In this document: piece by piece, positions 45,597-57,776 of the stretch | Layout: the number at the start of each line of letters is the position of its first letter | Position numbering within the stretch: position 1 is the stretch's first letter | DNA from: Lama guanicoe | Lineage: Eukaryota | DNA: 64,000 bases | Assembly: GCA_013239625.1 (NCBI GenBank) | Contig: MU054001.1 | Coordinates: forward strand, 6,373,078-6,437,077 | Reading direction: 5' to 3' | The notes under the pieces: generated by a model | What the model was told of the DNA's origin: nothing | Seen by the model: the letters and a program-made list of their open reading frames with translations, nothing else | Database searches by the model: none | Position numbers and translations under genes: made by a program

Positions 45597-46789
45597 CTGA
45601 CTTAGATTTTTAAGAGATTCTTCTCACTGCTCGGTAGAGAACAAATTACTGTGAGGCAGGAATATGAAGACAGGAAATTAGGCTATTTCAGTAGTTTACA
45701 TCAGAGATGAAAGTGGCTTAGATTAGAGAGGTAGGAGTACAGTTGGAGAAAAAGAGGCAGATTTTGGTATATGTTTCTGAAACTGGAATAGATTTACAAA
45801 TAAACTGAATAAAAAAGAATGAGGGAATGAGGAATAACGTCTGCATTATCTTAGCAGCTGGAAGAATAATGCTTTAGTTTATTGAAATGAAGAAGATTTA
45901 AGCAGGCATACATTGGGGTGGTAGGAATAGAACTAGAAAATGAAAGTTCTGCTTTGGCCATGTGAGATGTCTATCATATACATCCATTTGGAAATGTCAG
46001 CAAGCACCTACATCAGAAACAGGAATTCTGGGGAGTTCCTCTTACTCTTTCTCTGGCTTCACAGAAGACTGAAGATAAAGAAAACAGCAAGAGGAAAAAA
46101 GAGTTTTTAGGATACACAATTTGAGTATTTTGTAACATCTAAAGCAGTGAGACGAGCCATTGTACTCTTCAAGAAATCATTTCACTTATAAAATCTGAAG
46201 AATCATCTTTGCTGAGGATAATGACACAGAAAGAAAGTATGCTTTAAGGTCAATGAGATTCATGTCAAGGGAGTTAAGCCATATCATATAGCTTCTATTT
46301 CCTAAATCTTGTAAGATTACAGGGCAGGACTGAGTAAGAAGAGATCAGAGCTCCCAGCAAGATACAATTTACAAGTTCTTCGGAAAATTCCACCTTACTT
46401 GATCGGAACCCACTACACACCCAACGTAACACAAAATATCTTCTAACTATACGTAAAATAATGACTGGTCTCCTTGCTGCGTGACAGAAGTTTCCATGGA
46501 AACTTTCAGAAACAATTGCTTCAGATTTGTATGATTATTGACAAAAAAGAAATGGACTTAGATTAAAATGAGAGATAGATTCCGGGTAATCTGATTTCAT
46601 CTAATTGCATTTTAGCATAACAAGTTTTCTTAATCAAATGGCTACTATGAGGGTAAATATCAAAATGAGGGAAAGAAATAAGCAACACTGTCTGCTTTTG
46701 TAAATTCTACTCTTAAATACACACCAGCAACATTGTAAAAGACATGATTTTTTGGAAAGATGAAAAATAAAGTGTATTGGGCAGCTACT

Positions 46790-46960
46790 GAATATCAAGT
46801 GTTTTGCATATAGCATCTTATATAATCCTCATAATAATCCCTCCAGATAAGTTTTATTATCCTTATTCTTATAGAGAAAGAAACCAAGTTTCAAAAATGT
46901 AAAGCAACTTGCTCAAGATCAGAGATAGTAAGAACACAGAGCTAGGACTAGATCCTGGCA
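46790..46960 (-). mobile_element. MIR SINE
   Basis: taatcctcataataatcc...tatagagaaagaaaccaag...aagcaacttgctcaagatca...agagctagga. Confidence 0.75.
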
Positions 46961-49628
46961 GAGCTGAACACAAAATGTGTGCTTTCCTCAAACTCTTAAA
47001 AGGGGCCATGACCTATAACAGTCCAGGAAACTCAGGTCTACAGTCTCTTTAACCTTTTTGATCCCTTGACTGTTAAACTAGGCTGAAAACAAGGCTGCTA
47101 AATAAACGCCTAAAAAGAGTGTCAGACACACAAAATAAAAAGTTGAGTTCTGCCCAGAACATACCAGGTATTGATATGCCCAACGAATCAAATTAATCAA
47201 AGAACCTAAAAAGAAGTAAGTAAAAATAAAAACTCAGGTCACATGCTGAGCCAAGACAGAGATAAGCCAATGGTTCATTTCAAAGAGTAATTTTTAAAAT
47301 TATCTATTCTTCTAAGAATAAAAGTAAAAATGCCAAGACATGTCTTACCTCATCACAAAATGTCGTAACAATTACTACAAAAAACTGAACTGTAATGCCA
47401 ATGTGACTGCTACAGTTGACCAACTTTGCTAACCTAATGTATAACTGAAGTAGTCAAATGAAAAATGGAAGTAATCTCAGTTACTGAATGCTACACTCGT
47501 TCCCTAATAGCTGACACATTAGCAGTCACAGCACAACTCAAGCATGCACACACAGAAACGCAGGACACACTAAATTTAATATCGAGTAGAAATAAAGAAC
47601 AAAAATAGCAGAAACAAATCTAGGAAGAATAAGGAAGGTTAAAATTCCTAAACAATCTAGGCATACTGGAAACCAATTTTCCAAAAATCAAGGTATTGGC
47701 TTTCATTTTTGGTTACATTTGATAGTTTCTAGTCAAAAGTACCAGGGAAAAGCTCAGCTGTGAACACAAGATATGCTTTAAAATGACTATTAAATGAAAT
47801 CACACCATAAAATACTCTCCTCCAAAGATAACGTCCAAGGAACTACCATAGGGGAAAACAAATCATTTTCCAACATAAATGCAGTGTTTCTAAATTAGCA
47901 GATAAACTATAATGCAAACCATTCTATTAAACAGATAAAAGTTTTAAGTATTTCTTTACTCATCACTAAGTTTTGGTTAGACAAACCCCAAATGTAAATA
48001 TTGAAAGTAATTTATAAGAAATTCATCTTTTAAATGGCTTATAATAATCAAGTTTGGTGTTTTTTCTATTTTGTTTCTTGCTGTTCTCTATTTAGATTTA
48101 ATAATATGGTATTGGAAAAACTTCCTGTATATGCCTCTAAACATTCCATGTAATGTTACAGCATAGATCTTGCATTTTGAAACTTTCAGAACTACAGATG
48201 CATAAAAGCGTATCTTCAGCATTCCATTTTCCCATAACTACTGAATGACTCTTCTAGTGAAAACCCATCAACCTAGGAAAGCCAAGATGGAAAACAGCCT
48301 GGTGCTTAAAAGAAAGCACAGTTCAAAGATGTTATGTCCTCTTGTTCTCTTAGTTCACAGATTAAATCAGAAATCAATTCGCAATGTTACATATAATATA
48401 CTATCCTGTCATTTAGCAGATGACAGCTGAAGACACGGATCATTTTTGTTTCTTAAAGTATACACTTTGTTTTCTCCTGTTTGCAACTCTTCCCTAAGCT
48501 AGCTCCAATTTGTTTTCTTTTAAGATTTTCCTCCTCCATCTTGCCAAAACAGGACTTGAAATATAAATGGAAATAAAGGGAGAGAACCATTTCTGATGGT
48601 TATGGTGAAGCCAAAAAGAAAGAATTTTTCACTGTCACTGTTTGGACTGGCTCATCTTACATTTACTTATTACTGAGTCCTGAGGCTTGAATATTCTGCT
48701 TAAGGCACATTAGAGAGAAAGCAGTCTCTTGCCAAAAGGCTTTTCCCAGTGTTCACACTGGGAACAATGGTTTTAAATGGCCCAAAGTGAGTTGCAACCC
48801 ACAGGAAAAAGTCTTAAAGTCTTTAGTCTTCATTTCAGCTCTATGGCCACTTAACAAAGCCCTTTTCTTCTTCCGGAAAGAGAAACTGGACACGTTCAAA
48901 GGCCTGGGTTCCCAGTGGGAACCCATACATAGTCTTCCCTGGATACATGGACCTCTTCTGAATTGTTTTCAAAATCCTAGGCACTCAACCGGGGAGCAAC
49001 TGCACAGCTTTCATCCAGCCTACAGAGGTTCTCACCAACATGACAGTCTAAGAGCCACTGCACCAACTTCTTCTCTAGTCCTTTCACCAACATCTTCTCT
49101 GGGAAGCCATGAGATGGAAGGCAAAGCACAAGGCCTTGAAACCTAACAGTCTCAGGACCTAGAGCAAGTTGTTTCTATGCTGTGGGCTTCCCTTTCTCAT
49201 CTATGAAAATGTATAGAAAAATATCTACTTCACAGGGAGTTGATGAAGAGAAAATAATTGGGACACTGATCAAAAATGTCTAATTCATTAGCTATCTGTA
49301 TTAAGCAAGAAGACAAAAATCATTAAGGAAACTTCTTATGTGCCAATTCGACAATTCAGCCTCCCAGACACTGAGAAACTGCCCCTGGTCAAACAGAAGG
49401 AGCGTCCAGGCAGAGATTCCACTCTGCACTGCCCTCACCTCTCACAACACCACAGGCCACATTCAACATACAGTGCAAACCTGAGCTCTGCAATAGCAGA
49501 AATGGTGCTCAGACTTGGGTCCACCAAAAGGAAAATAAAACCAAAATGATATCCTATGATGACATCAATCTTCAGAAACAAAGATATTTAAAATGACCAA
49601 GTGACCCTTTTGGGGTCTACACACTTAC

Positions 49629-49683
49629 CAGACCTTAAGAAAGCTGGTGGAGAAGAGACGACTGCATCAGGTGAGCTGGCCAT
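49629..49683 (-). CDS. PHKB: PHKB cassette exon 2, coding part: alternative N-terminus MASSPDAVVSSPPAFLRS-G (whole exon about 49629-49741)
   Basis: Resembles the known alternative PHKB N-terminus (MACSPDAVVSPSSAFLRSG in human, from recall). Donor TCTG|gtaagt is phase 1, like exon 1. Acceptor ctaaccttcactaaacag|TTTTG at 49742/49741. Confidence 0.9.
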
Positions 49684-51945
49684 TTCAAACTGTTGACTCT
49701 AATCATAAGCGTCGCAGGCTAAACTATAGCAATTTTCAAAACTGTTTAGTGAAGGTTAGAAGCAATAAGCATTAGATTAATTAAAAGCAGTGTGAGCAGT
49801 TATTAACATGATGCAGTATGCAACAAAGACAGTAATTGAGGATCATTATATTTTCTCTTTTCTGACTTGAAAATTTGATTTTCTTTGCTTTGATAAATTA
49901 CATTTGCTTACATGGATGAGGCAGGAAATACATAATAGCCATTTACTAAACATTACATAAAAGTAGCCTCCTTTGTTGAGCAGTGAAGTGATTATGCTAC
50001 TATGTAACAATGCTCAGAACTTTGCAGTGGCATCTGTATCAGAGTCAGGTTAGTCCAAGTTTCAAACAGAACTCAGTTCTTCTAAAAGTAACAAACACAA
50101 TCAGGGTGATTGCCTTGAATGATACAGGAAGTCAACAATTCACTCAAGGAACTTTATAGTCTACACTTCATAGTTACCAGAAGAATCTAAAACTTCAACT
50201 AATTGGAGGGATGACTTCAAATGGTATCTCCTTCACTGCCGTGATGCTCCAAAACATAGGAATGCCCAACATTTACACTATGTGCTCAACTAGTTTGTAC
50301 ATGAAACTGGATTTAAGTTACTACATTCAACAATAGTTGAATGTTAATAGTTAAATAAATTTTGAATTCTTTTCTCAGTTAAAAAGAGAAGGTAGGTTTT
50401 CAAAGCCTACTGTTATGACATGCAGTTCAGAGGAAATAAGAACGAAGAGGAAAATAAACTCTCTATGTTTATTAAAGGAAAAGAGAAATGCTTTAAAATT
50501 TTATGTTGAGGGTAGAGCTCAGTTCCCTGTAAGAAAACTCCAGTTACTCTCTTTGACCAGATATTATTAACCTAATAACACTTTTTATAGCCCAGATAAA
50601 CTCATAGTGGTCAGCTCAATACTTCAATATGACACAAAACGTTTGAGAAACAAAAACATGTGACTATTCTAAGTAAATGTATTGACTCCAAAGTACACTA
50701 AAGACTAATTTTTGAAAAATTCTCTCATACTTAAGTGGTAGTTTTGGTTTAACCCTAAGTAAATAAGCACATAACTTTTTCAAGGTTTAAAAACAATGAA
50801 ATAAACAACAAAGTTAGGGTGAATTTCTCCTGTATGATTTATGAAATTAGACACTTTCTTCAAATTAAAAACAAAACAGCATGCACAACAAACAACTAAG
50901 AACGTCATAAATGGGAAAACCCGAAATATAACAGGAAATAATCGAGGAAAAAACAAAAAGGCCAAAATATAATGGTAAGTAGCTGACTTTCAATGCAAAT
51001 GCAGATAGTTTTCCTATGCTTATGCCTTTCACTATTCTTAGATTATCAACTTTGACATTAGCATCTCCTACCACTGATTTATATAGTAACATCAATCTTC
51101 TAAAAGGGAAGATTCTTAGTTGAAGACTTGTCATTTCCCATCTTTCCTGTTTACAGGGACACTTTAAATTCAAGATTACGTCCAGCCAGCCAGGAATAAG
51201 GGAAGTTTCAATCCTGGCTCTCAGATGAGTTATCAAGCACAAGTGCTAACTTCAAAGTCGTGACTTTGCAATTTTAACAAGTCACCTCAGGACACTTGAA
51301 CCGTTTGTTGTAACTGCCTGCGCAGCATATTCTGACCCACGTGGCCTTGGGTTTGAGAGCCACAACTGGGAACTATGCGTCCCGGGGCCGCTTGCCCAGG
51401 GAAGGGGCCCACTTCCTTCTGAGCCCTAACTACGCTCAACATGACCTCCTTCGTGGCCTGAGGCCACGTCCCCATCGTTTTCTGCCACACAGATAACTGG
51501 CGAGAGCTCAGAACTTGTGAGTAATGTGAATGGGAGATATGAAACAAGGTAATGAGCTGCCGCCAGTTTTCTAGGACCAGAAAATAGTCATATTCAAGAA
51601 TGACTTTCGGGGAGGAATACACGTAGGGAGAACACGCCAGGCCGCCGCCTGATTTCTAAGATAGAAGCCTCCAGGCAAAGTGGGCACCACCACCTACTTT
51701 CCGAGGGGGAACACACACGAAGTAGAGTGGAGGGAACATAACGGAGTAAAGGTGAGCGAACCACCTAATTTCTAGACATGGGATGGAGACATCAAAAGGA
51801 AGGCAGGGACCACCGCTTGCTTCCCAAGGGTAAACACGCGAGCACACGTTCTTTCCAGGACCCCCGTCTGCCTCCCGCCCAAGGCGCTTGAGGGGTAGCA
51901 CCGCCCACGGTGCGGGGGAAGGGGTGGTGCCCCAGCCAGCCAAAC

Positions 51946-52012
51946 CTGAGCGCTTGGTCCGGGCTCTCCGCTCCAAGACCTTCCAGCTTGCTTCGGCCAC
52001 GAGCCCCGCCAT
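51946..52012 (-). CDS. PHKB: PHKB coding exon 1 (MAGLVAEASWKVLERRARTKRS-G)
   Basis: ATG at 52012-52010 in context gcgATGG. Peptide matches the PHKB N-terminus (..SWKVLERRARTKRSGS). Phase-1 donor TCAG|gtttgg at 51946/51945. Confidence 0.95.
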
Positions 52013-52329
52013 CGCGCTCGGGCCGCCGCCTCGGCCACCAGCCCCGGGGCCGCCTGTCAACTCCGCCCAGCCGGCCCCGCCCCCCCCCCCCCGCGCGACA
52101 CTGTCGGGAGGCGCGCCGGCCGGAAGTGAGCGCGAAGGCGAGCTTCAGCCCAGCTCCGCGGCCTCCGAGCGTCAGAGGGGCAGCCCTCGGGTCTGAGAGG
52201 GCGAGGGGACCTGGCCGCCGATCGTACGGGCGTCGGGCTGCGCCCTTGCTCTCGAGGCCGGCGGCACGGTGCTTTCCGGCTGCCGTCAAGCGCGGCAGTG
52301 GGCCGGCGGGCGGGGGCCGAGAGGCTGCC

Positions 52330-52540
52330 ATGGCGGCGGCGGGCCGGCTGCCGGGTTCCTCCTGGGTGTTGCTGGCGCTGCTGCTCTGGGGGCTCGCGCT
52401 GCTGGGAGTCGGGCCGGCCCCGGCGCGGGCGCTGCACAACGTCACGGCCGAGCTCTTTGGGGCCGAGGCCTGGGGCACCCTGGCGGCCTTCGGAGACCTC
52501 AACTCTGACAAGCAGACGGACCTCTTCGTCCTGCGGGAAA
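52330..52540 (+). CDS. ITFG1: ITFG1 coding exon 1: signal peptide plus first FG-GAP Ca-binding loop (MAAAGRLPGSSWVLLALLLWGLALLGVGPAPARALHNVTAELFGAEAWGTLAAFGDLNSDKQTDLFVLRE)
   Basis: Strong Kozak gccATGG, hydrophobic signal peptide, GDLNSDKQTD motif, donor GAAA|gtcagt. Confidence 0.96.
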
Positions 52541-54225
52541 GTCAGTGCTTGCCCGGCCCTCCCTCTGTCCGCGTGCCCCTCTCGCTGTTCCCCACACCCT
52601 GTGCCTGGACGGCCGGTCCTCCTGCATTTTCCGGCTCTTCTGTCTCAGCCTTGTCTCTCTCCCTTTATCTCCAGCATCTTTTGACAGCTTGCCGGTATTC
52701 TCCATCTTTTCTGAACCCAGGTCCTGGCCCGGCCAGTCCACAGTTTGATTCACCCCTACAAGCCCTGGAAACTCCCTAGTTGTTGTGTTTCCTGAGAAGT
52801 CCGCGGCCTTCACTCACGCGCCCCATCCTCTTCATGGAATCACCTGCCTTCCGAAGTCCTTCCTGATTCCCAGTAGTCTTTATAGTTTGCCCCTTTTCCC
52901 TCTCAAGGCCCCTTCATTACTGTCTGTTTTACTTTCTCCAGCCTCCCACTGGAAAAGGTGCAACTGACAGTTTCCTCTTATAGGAGATTTCTCCCTGCCT
53001 CATTGACCTAATTCACACGCCTCTCCCTCTGTCAGCGTCCCAGGCTTCTTGAAAACTACTGTAGTAGCCCTCCCAAGGCCCTAAACACTCCACAGCTCAA
53101 ACAAGCATTTTGCAGGGACCAGTAGTAAACCCAGCGTCTCCTTGGGAAAAGATTCTCAAACTGCAGGTTTTTCTCTCTTCTGAGCTGCCTAGTCTTTGTG
53201 TGCAAAAAAACTTGCTTGCTTTGGTCACCGTCCTGCTATTTCAAATCTCTTCTTTCTTTGACAGCTTGAGGTTCTTGGGAGTTCTTTGTTTTAATCATCA
53301 CTAAACAAACTTTTTTGTAGGTCTTGATGCTGACAATTAGCATTAGACCGTCTTAGTGTTTGTTCTTGAGTACCCATAAAGCAGGTACTGTTTAAGGTCA
53401 AGGCTGTGAAGTAGGGGAAGTGACGCTCTTATGCAGACTGACAGGAACTTGTCCTGGATTTCTTGGGGCCCTTGCCAGGACCTGAGAGGCTCTTGTGGAC
53501 CCTGGATATTTTCCTTAACTCTGTATGACTGTCTACTGCGAGAAGGGTACATACTGTCTAACCTGTAGCTACGCTGTCCAAACTGGGTACAGAGACTCCC
53601 CCCTTAACTTTAAAGATGCCTTGTGTTTGATTAAACAATTTGAGAAGTCTGTTCCAATGAGTGCTCATTGAGCTCCAAAAACACATCAGCCTGGGAGATG
53701 GTTCTGTCAGAGCCACAAAAGGGTGGTCTTGGAGGAGTTAGCGTTTTCTGCTTTAATACAAAAAAATCATGTCCTTGTTACTAGTCAGATACCTACAAAT
53801 TGGAGTTCTCTGTGCCCTTGGTGTGATGCAGCTGTGTGATAAACTGAAGCGATTTATAAAGAGCTGAGTTGTTGGTTTGGGGGAAAAAAGTCTTGACATG
53901 TACTATAGTTATAAAGCATGTTCTTTTTGTGCTTCTTTTAAGTCAGTCTATCTGACTCTTGGCAGAAGCCATTGGCTTCAGTTTGTCTTGACCAACTATG
54001 TTTTCCCGTGTTCATCTTTACAGTTTCTCTGCTGCTTTGAATATTGAGTTTGTGATATACTATTAGGAATCCCCATCCCATTAGTCTAAAAGGACTGACC
54101 TTGACATAGCTAACAAACTAGAGTAAAATAGAAGTTTTCTTGTTGAGAGCAGTGCCCAGAAATCTTCTTGTAACCGCTTGTAACCATTGGGAAACATTTT
54201 TCTAATATGTATTCGCTTCTTTTAG

Positions 54226-54298
54226 GAAATGATTTAATCGTCTTTTTGGCAGACCAGAACGCACCCTATTTTAAACCCAAAGTGGAAGTATCCTTGAA
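54226..54298 (+). CDS. ITFG1: ITFG1 exon 2 (RNDLIVFLADQNAPYFKPKVEVSL-K)
   Basis: 73 nt, tttag| ... |gtaagt, in frame; matches ITFG1. Confidence 0.95.
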
Positions 54299-55689
54299 GT
54301 AAGTACAAATGTATTTGTTTCTATACAACCGTCATTAGTATAATAATGGATATACAATAACTAATTGAATTGTCTTTGAAATCAATTTTACTCTAATGTG
54401 ATGTGATACAAAACCACTAGTCATGAGGTATGAGTAGCAAGTGATTTGTTAGGAAAATCAGTGAGCATACCAAAGTTCAAAAATGATTTACTTTAAAAAA
54501 TAAATAATTTTGACTGGATTCAGTTCTCTTCCTTCATTAACAACCTCCAGTCCCTTGCAATCAGATATGCTTTCTCGAATGTCTTGGGAATTGTCCCTCA
54601 TGCTGAGTGTTCCTGCGGGAGCAGCTCACTCATAGACTCATCGTGTCAACTGTGTGTTTTGTGGGTGGTGCGAGGGAGAAGTTTGCACTGGGGTCAATGA
54701 CCTCTGTTCTAATTTTTTTGTTTATTGACTAATGTAGTGACTCACAGGTGACTAATAGGTTGATTTGGAGGAAATTCAAATCAAGCTGAATTTTTCAGAT
54801 GTTCAAATAATAGTTCTATGTGTTTTTTTTTTAATATGATTTGCATTGCATAAAACACAGTGACCCTCAGTGAGCCAATACAGTTTTGAAACTACGAGAA
54901 GCAAGGATTGATTGCTGTTTGGTTCAGTGAGGAAGAGATGAGTCAGCACAGGCTAAAGTGGCAGCTTCTAGAAAGTCATGGAATTTGAGCTTGACCTTAA
55001 GATAAGTAAAATTTAAGTGAGGGCTTTCAAGTTTGGAAACACAGTGTTAACAAGAGATGGCAGTAGAAACAGAATGTTGTGAAGAGGAGATGGAAAGATT
55101 TGCCTGGCAGAAGTGGAAGGTATACTTTGGAGAGTTATGGACCAGAAAGATGGGATCAAGTCAGACTAGGAACCTTCATAAATATCAGAAAGAATTGAAC
55201 TAATTCCCGTGAGAAGTGGGGAATGATTGCAAGTCCTTGTTTAAAGGAGAGGTGATGAAAATGGTATTTTAAATTGATGTGATTTACTTGTTAACCCTGT
55301 GCAGGAAGAATTGGTGTGTAGAAAGATTAGCCATTACTTAGGAAACTGTTTTAAAAACTTAAGAAGTCCCCATATGGGCTAATTAATGCATGCTCTGATT
55401 CTACAATATTTAACTTAAACTCAGACATATGTAAAAAAAAATTTGCCTTCAGTTAGAACATTGATATATGGAGGGAAAAGTTATAAATGGATAAACAGGA
55501 GTGGATCCCTCTTGAGGAATGTTCTGAGGTAACTGGATGTCAGCATGCTTGGAGTAGGAAGAGAAGTTGATAAATATTACATACAAGAAATGAATTGCCT
55601 AGAAGTGATTTTTCATGGAAGATTAAAAGTTAAGGAATCTATAGGATGTTAAGGACTTGATTCCCTGAATTTGTTTTTTTTTTATCCTC

Positions 55690-57170
55690 ATTTCCTTTTC
55701 TTTCATATAATGTTGTTTTATATACTTCTAAAATTTAGGAACTCTTGCATTTTATTTTATTTATTTAGTATGTTTTTCAAAAAAAATAACTGTCCTTCAC
55801 CATTTTCTTCCCTCACTCCTCTATTCCCTTCTCAAATGCAACCTCTTTTAATACTTCTGGCTGTTTTCTTCTGGTGTTTGTTTCTATATTTTAAAATAAA
55901 TTTTAACACTAAAGTTTCTTGAGTTATCATCTTTATCTCTTGGATTTGTTGTAGTTGTTGTTGTTAGCATAAACAGAGATTTAGCATCTTCAAATGATCT
56001 CCATCTCCATATAGTTACATATTGTGTTTTTAGCTAGGTCAGTAATCATTGTATACATTCTAGCCATGCAGATTATGTGTACAATATTTCATTTCTCTAG
56101 TTTTTCCTTCCTAGAGTAAATTATTATTTTTTTAAAAATAAATTGCATCATGTTCTTGGTACATATTCTTAATTTCTCCGCAGACATTCCACCATATCTG
56201 CCATATACCTTTTGTGCATTCCCCCCCCCCCACTGAGTCCTCTGCACTCCTCCCCGATCTGAATTCATTCTCTAGGGCTTCTGCAAAGGTATTATTTGGA
56301 GACTTTCCCTTTGTTAGTCTTCGTTTGAGCCCTATTTCTTGCATCCTGTGGCATTTTGTTCTTCGCTTCTTCATTTACTTCACTGGAGTGTATCTTTCAG
56401 GAAATTCCTGAGAAAGGGTGCATGAGTATGTCCTTCCATTTCCAAAACCTTCTTCTGTTCACTCTTTGATTGGTCTGTAGTCTTCTAGCTTCATGGGTTG
56501 CTCTTTTAAAATCCAGTGCTGGTTTTTTTTTCCCCAAAATCCTTCAAATATGACTTATTTTATTTTTAATTTTGGAAGCTAGGATCTCTTCTTTATCATT
56601 TTTCTCTGAAATTTCATAATGTATTTTAGAGTAGATTATTTTTCATTTATTACTCTGGGCATTAGGTGGGCCCCTTCAATCTGGAGGCTTCTATCCTTGA
56701 GGACTTTTTGAAATGTTCTTATATTATTTCTTTGATTATTATTATTTTTTATTCTGTATCTCAGGAATTCCTATGAGTTGGTTATTGGACTGCTTGAATC
56801 CATCCTTTATTTCTTTACTTTATCTGTGGTTTTTTTTTTCCCTTTTGTGTCCCCCCCCACCAGAAGTTTTCTCAGTTTTATCTTAAGCTTTCTATTGAAA
56901 TTTTTTACGTTAGCTGTCATATTTTTTATCTTTAAGAAGTTTTTTTTGTTCTCGTATTGTTTTCTCTTGACATGCTGTTCTTTTTTTTTTTAATGGATAT
57001 ATTTCCTTCTCTTATATCTTCAAGTGTAGCTTTGAAATTTTCTTTTGTTCTCTCCACTCTTTCTGTTTCCTTCAGGTTCTTTATTGCTATTTGTTTTGGC
57101 TTTCTTTAATATTTGTGGTTTTCTCCAAAAGGCAGGTGTCTACTTACTATACAATATTAAGAATAAGGTA
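55690..57170 (-). mobile_element. Ancient L1 (L1ME-like) fragments
   Basis: T-rich degraded L1 antisense, e.g. ctctgaaatttcataatg...tgggccccttcaatctggag; boundaries approximate. Confidence 0.6.
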
Positions 57171-57559
57171 CTAAAGCACTAATTGGAAACTGCATGGTGG
57201 GACTCTTGCCCTAATGATGTGTTCCTGGCAGATGGCATCCTAGGAATTTGGCAGGGATTGGGGCAAGGGCCAAACTGTTCCTTTTATAGGCTATTAACTC
57301 CTTGTTTTTAGCTTAAGGCCAAAGTCTTACCCTCTCCTGTAACTTAAATTTAATGCCTGAAACTTCCCACAGATAAACTACTTGATTGAACAAGAGGGAG
57401 AAAGGACCTTCACTCACAATACAGATTTTTGATTTAATCTGTTTTCAGCCTTGTGCCTCACTTTTGTCTATTTCTGATGACTCCAAATTCGGAGACTTTC
57501 AGAGATTCTTCAGGGCATAAAGCTTCTTGATCCTTTTTCTCCAAGCATTTTAGCTTACA

Positions 57560-57776
57560 CAGCTGACCCTGGAACAACATGAGTCTAAACTGCACAGGTA
57601 CACTTCTACAGATTTTTTTCACTAAATACATACAGCAGTACTACACCATCTGCAGTTGGTTGCACTGTGAATGCAGAACTGCAGATATGGAGGGCCAGCT
57701 CTAACGTTATACGCAGATTTTTACTGCATGATGGGTCGGCACCCCCAATCCCATGCATTCTTCATGGATCAACTGT
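57560..57776. mobile_element. Tigger2-derived MITE
   Basis: TIRs cagctgaccctggaacaac / ttcatggatcaactg|ta. Confidence 0.85.

Larger units (their letters stand above)
51800..52620. promoter_or_regulatory. CpG island / bidirectional PHKB-ITFG1 promoter
   Basis: GC- and CpG-dense. The two ATGs are divergent with 317 bp between them. ETS/GABP motif CCGGAAGTG at 52120-52128, GC boxes, and a C13 run at 52080-52092. Confidence 0.9.

Noticed and set aside
51656..52813. Multiple long overlapping ORFs (up to 289 aa) across the CpG island, including in-frame 5' extensions of ITFG1 and PHKB
   Set aside because: Stop codons are rare in GC-rich DNA, most starts are GTG/TTG, and the products are low-complexity Arg/Pro/Gly/Ala. 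Only the exon-1 portions match real proteins.
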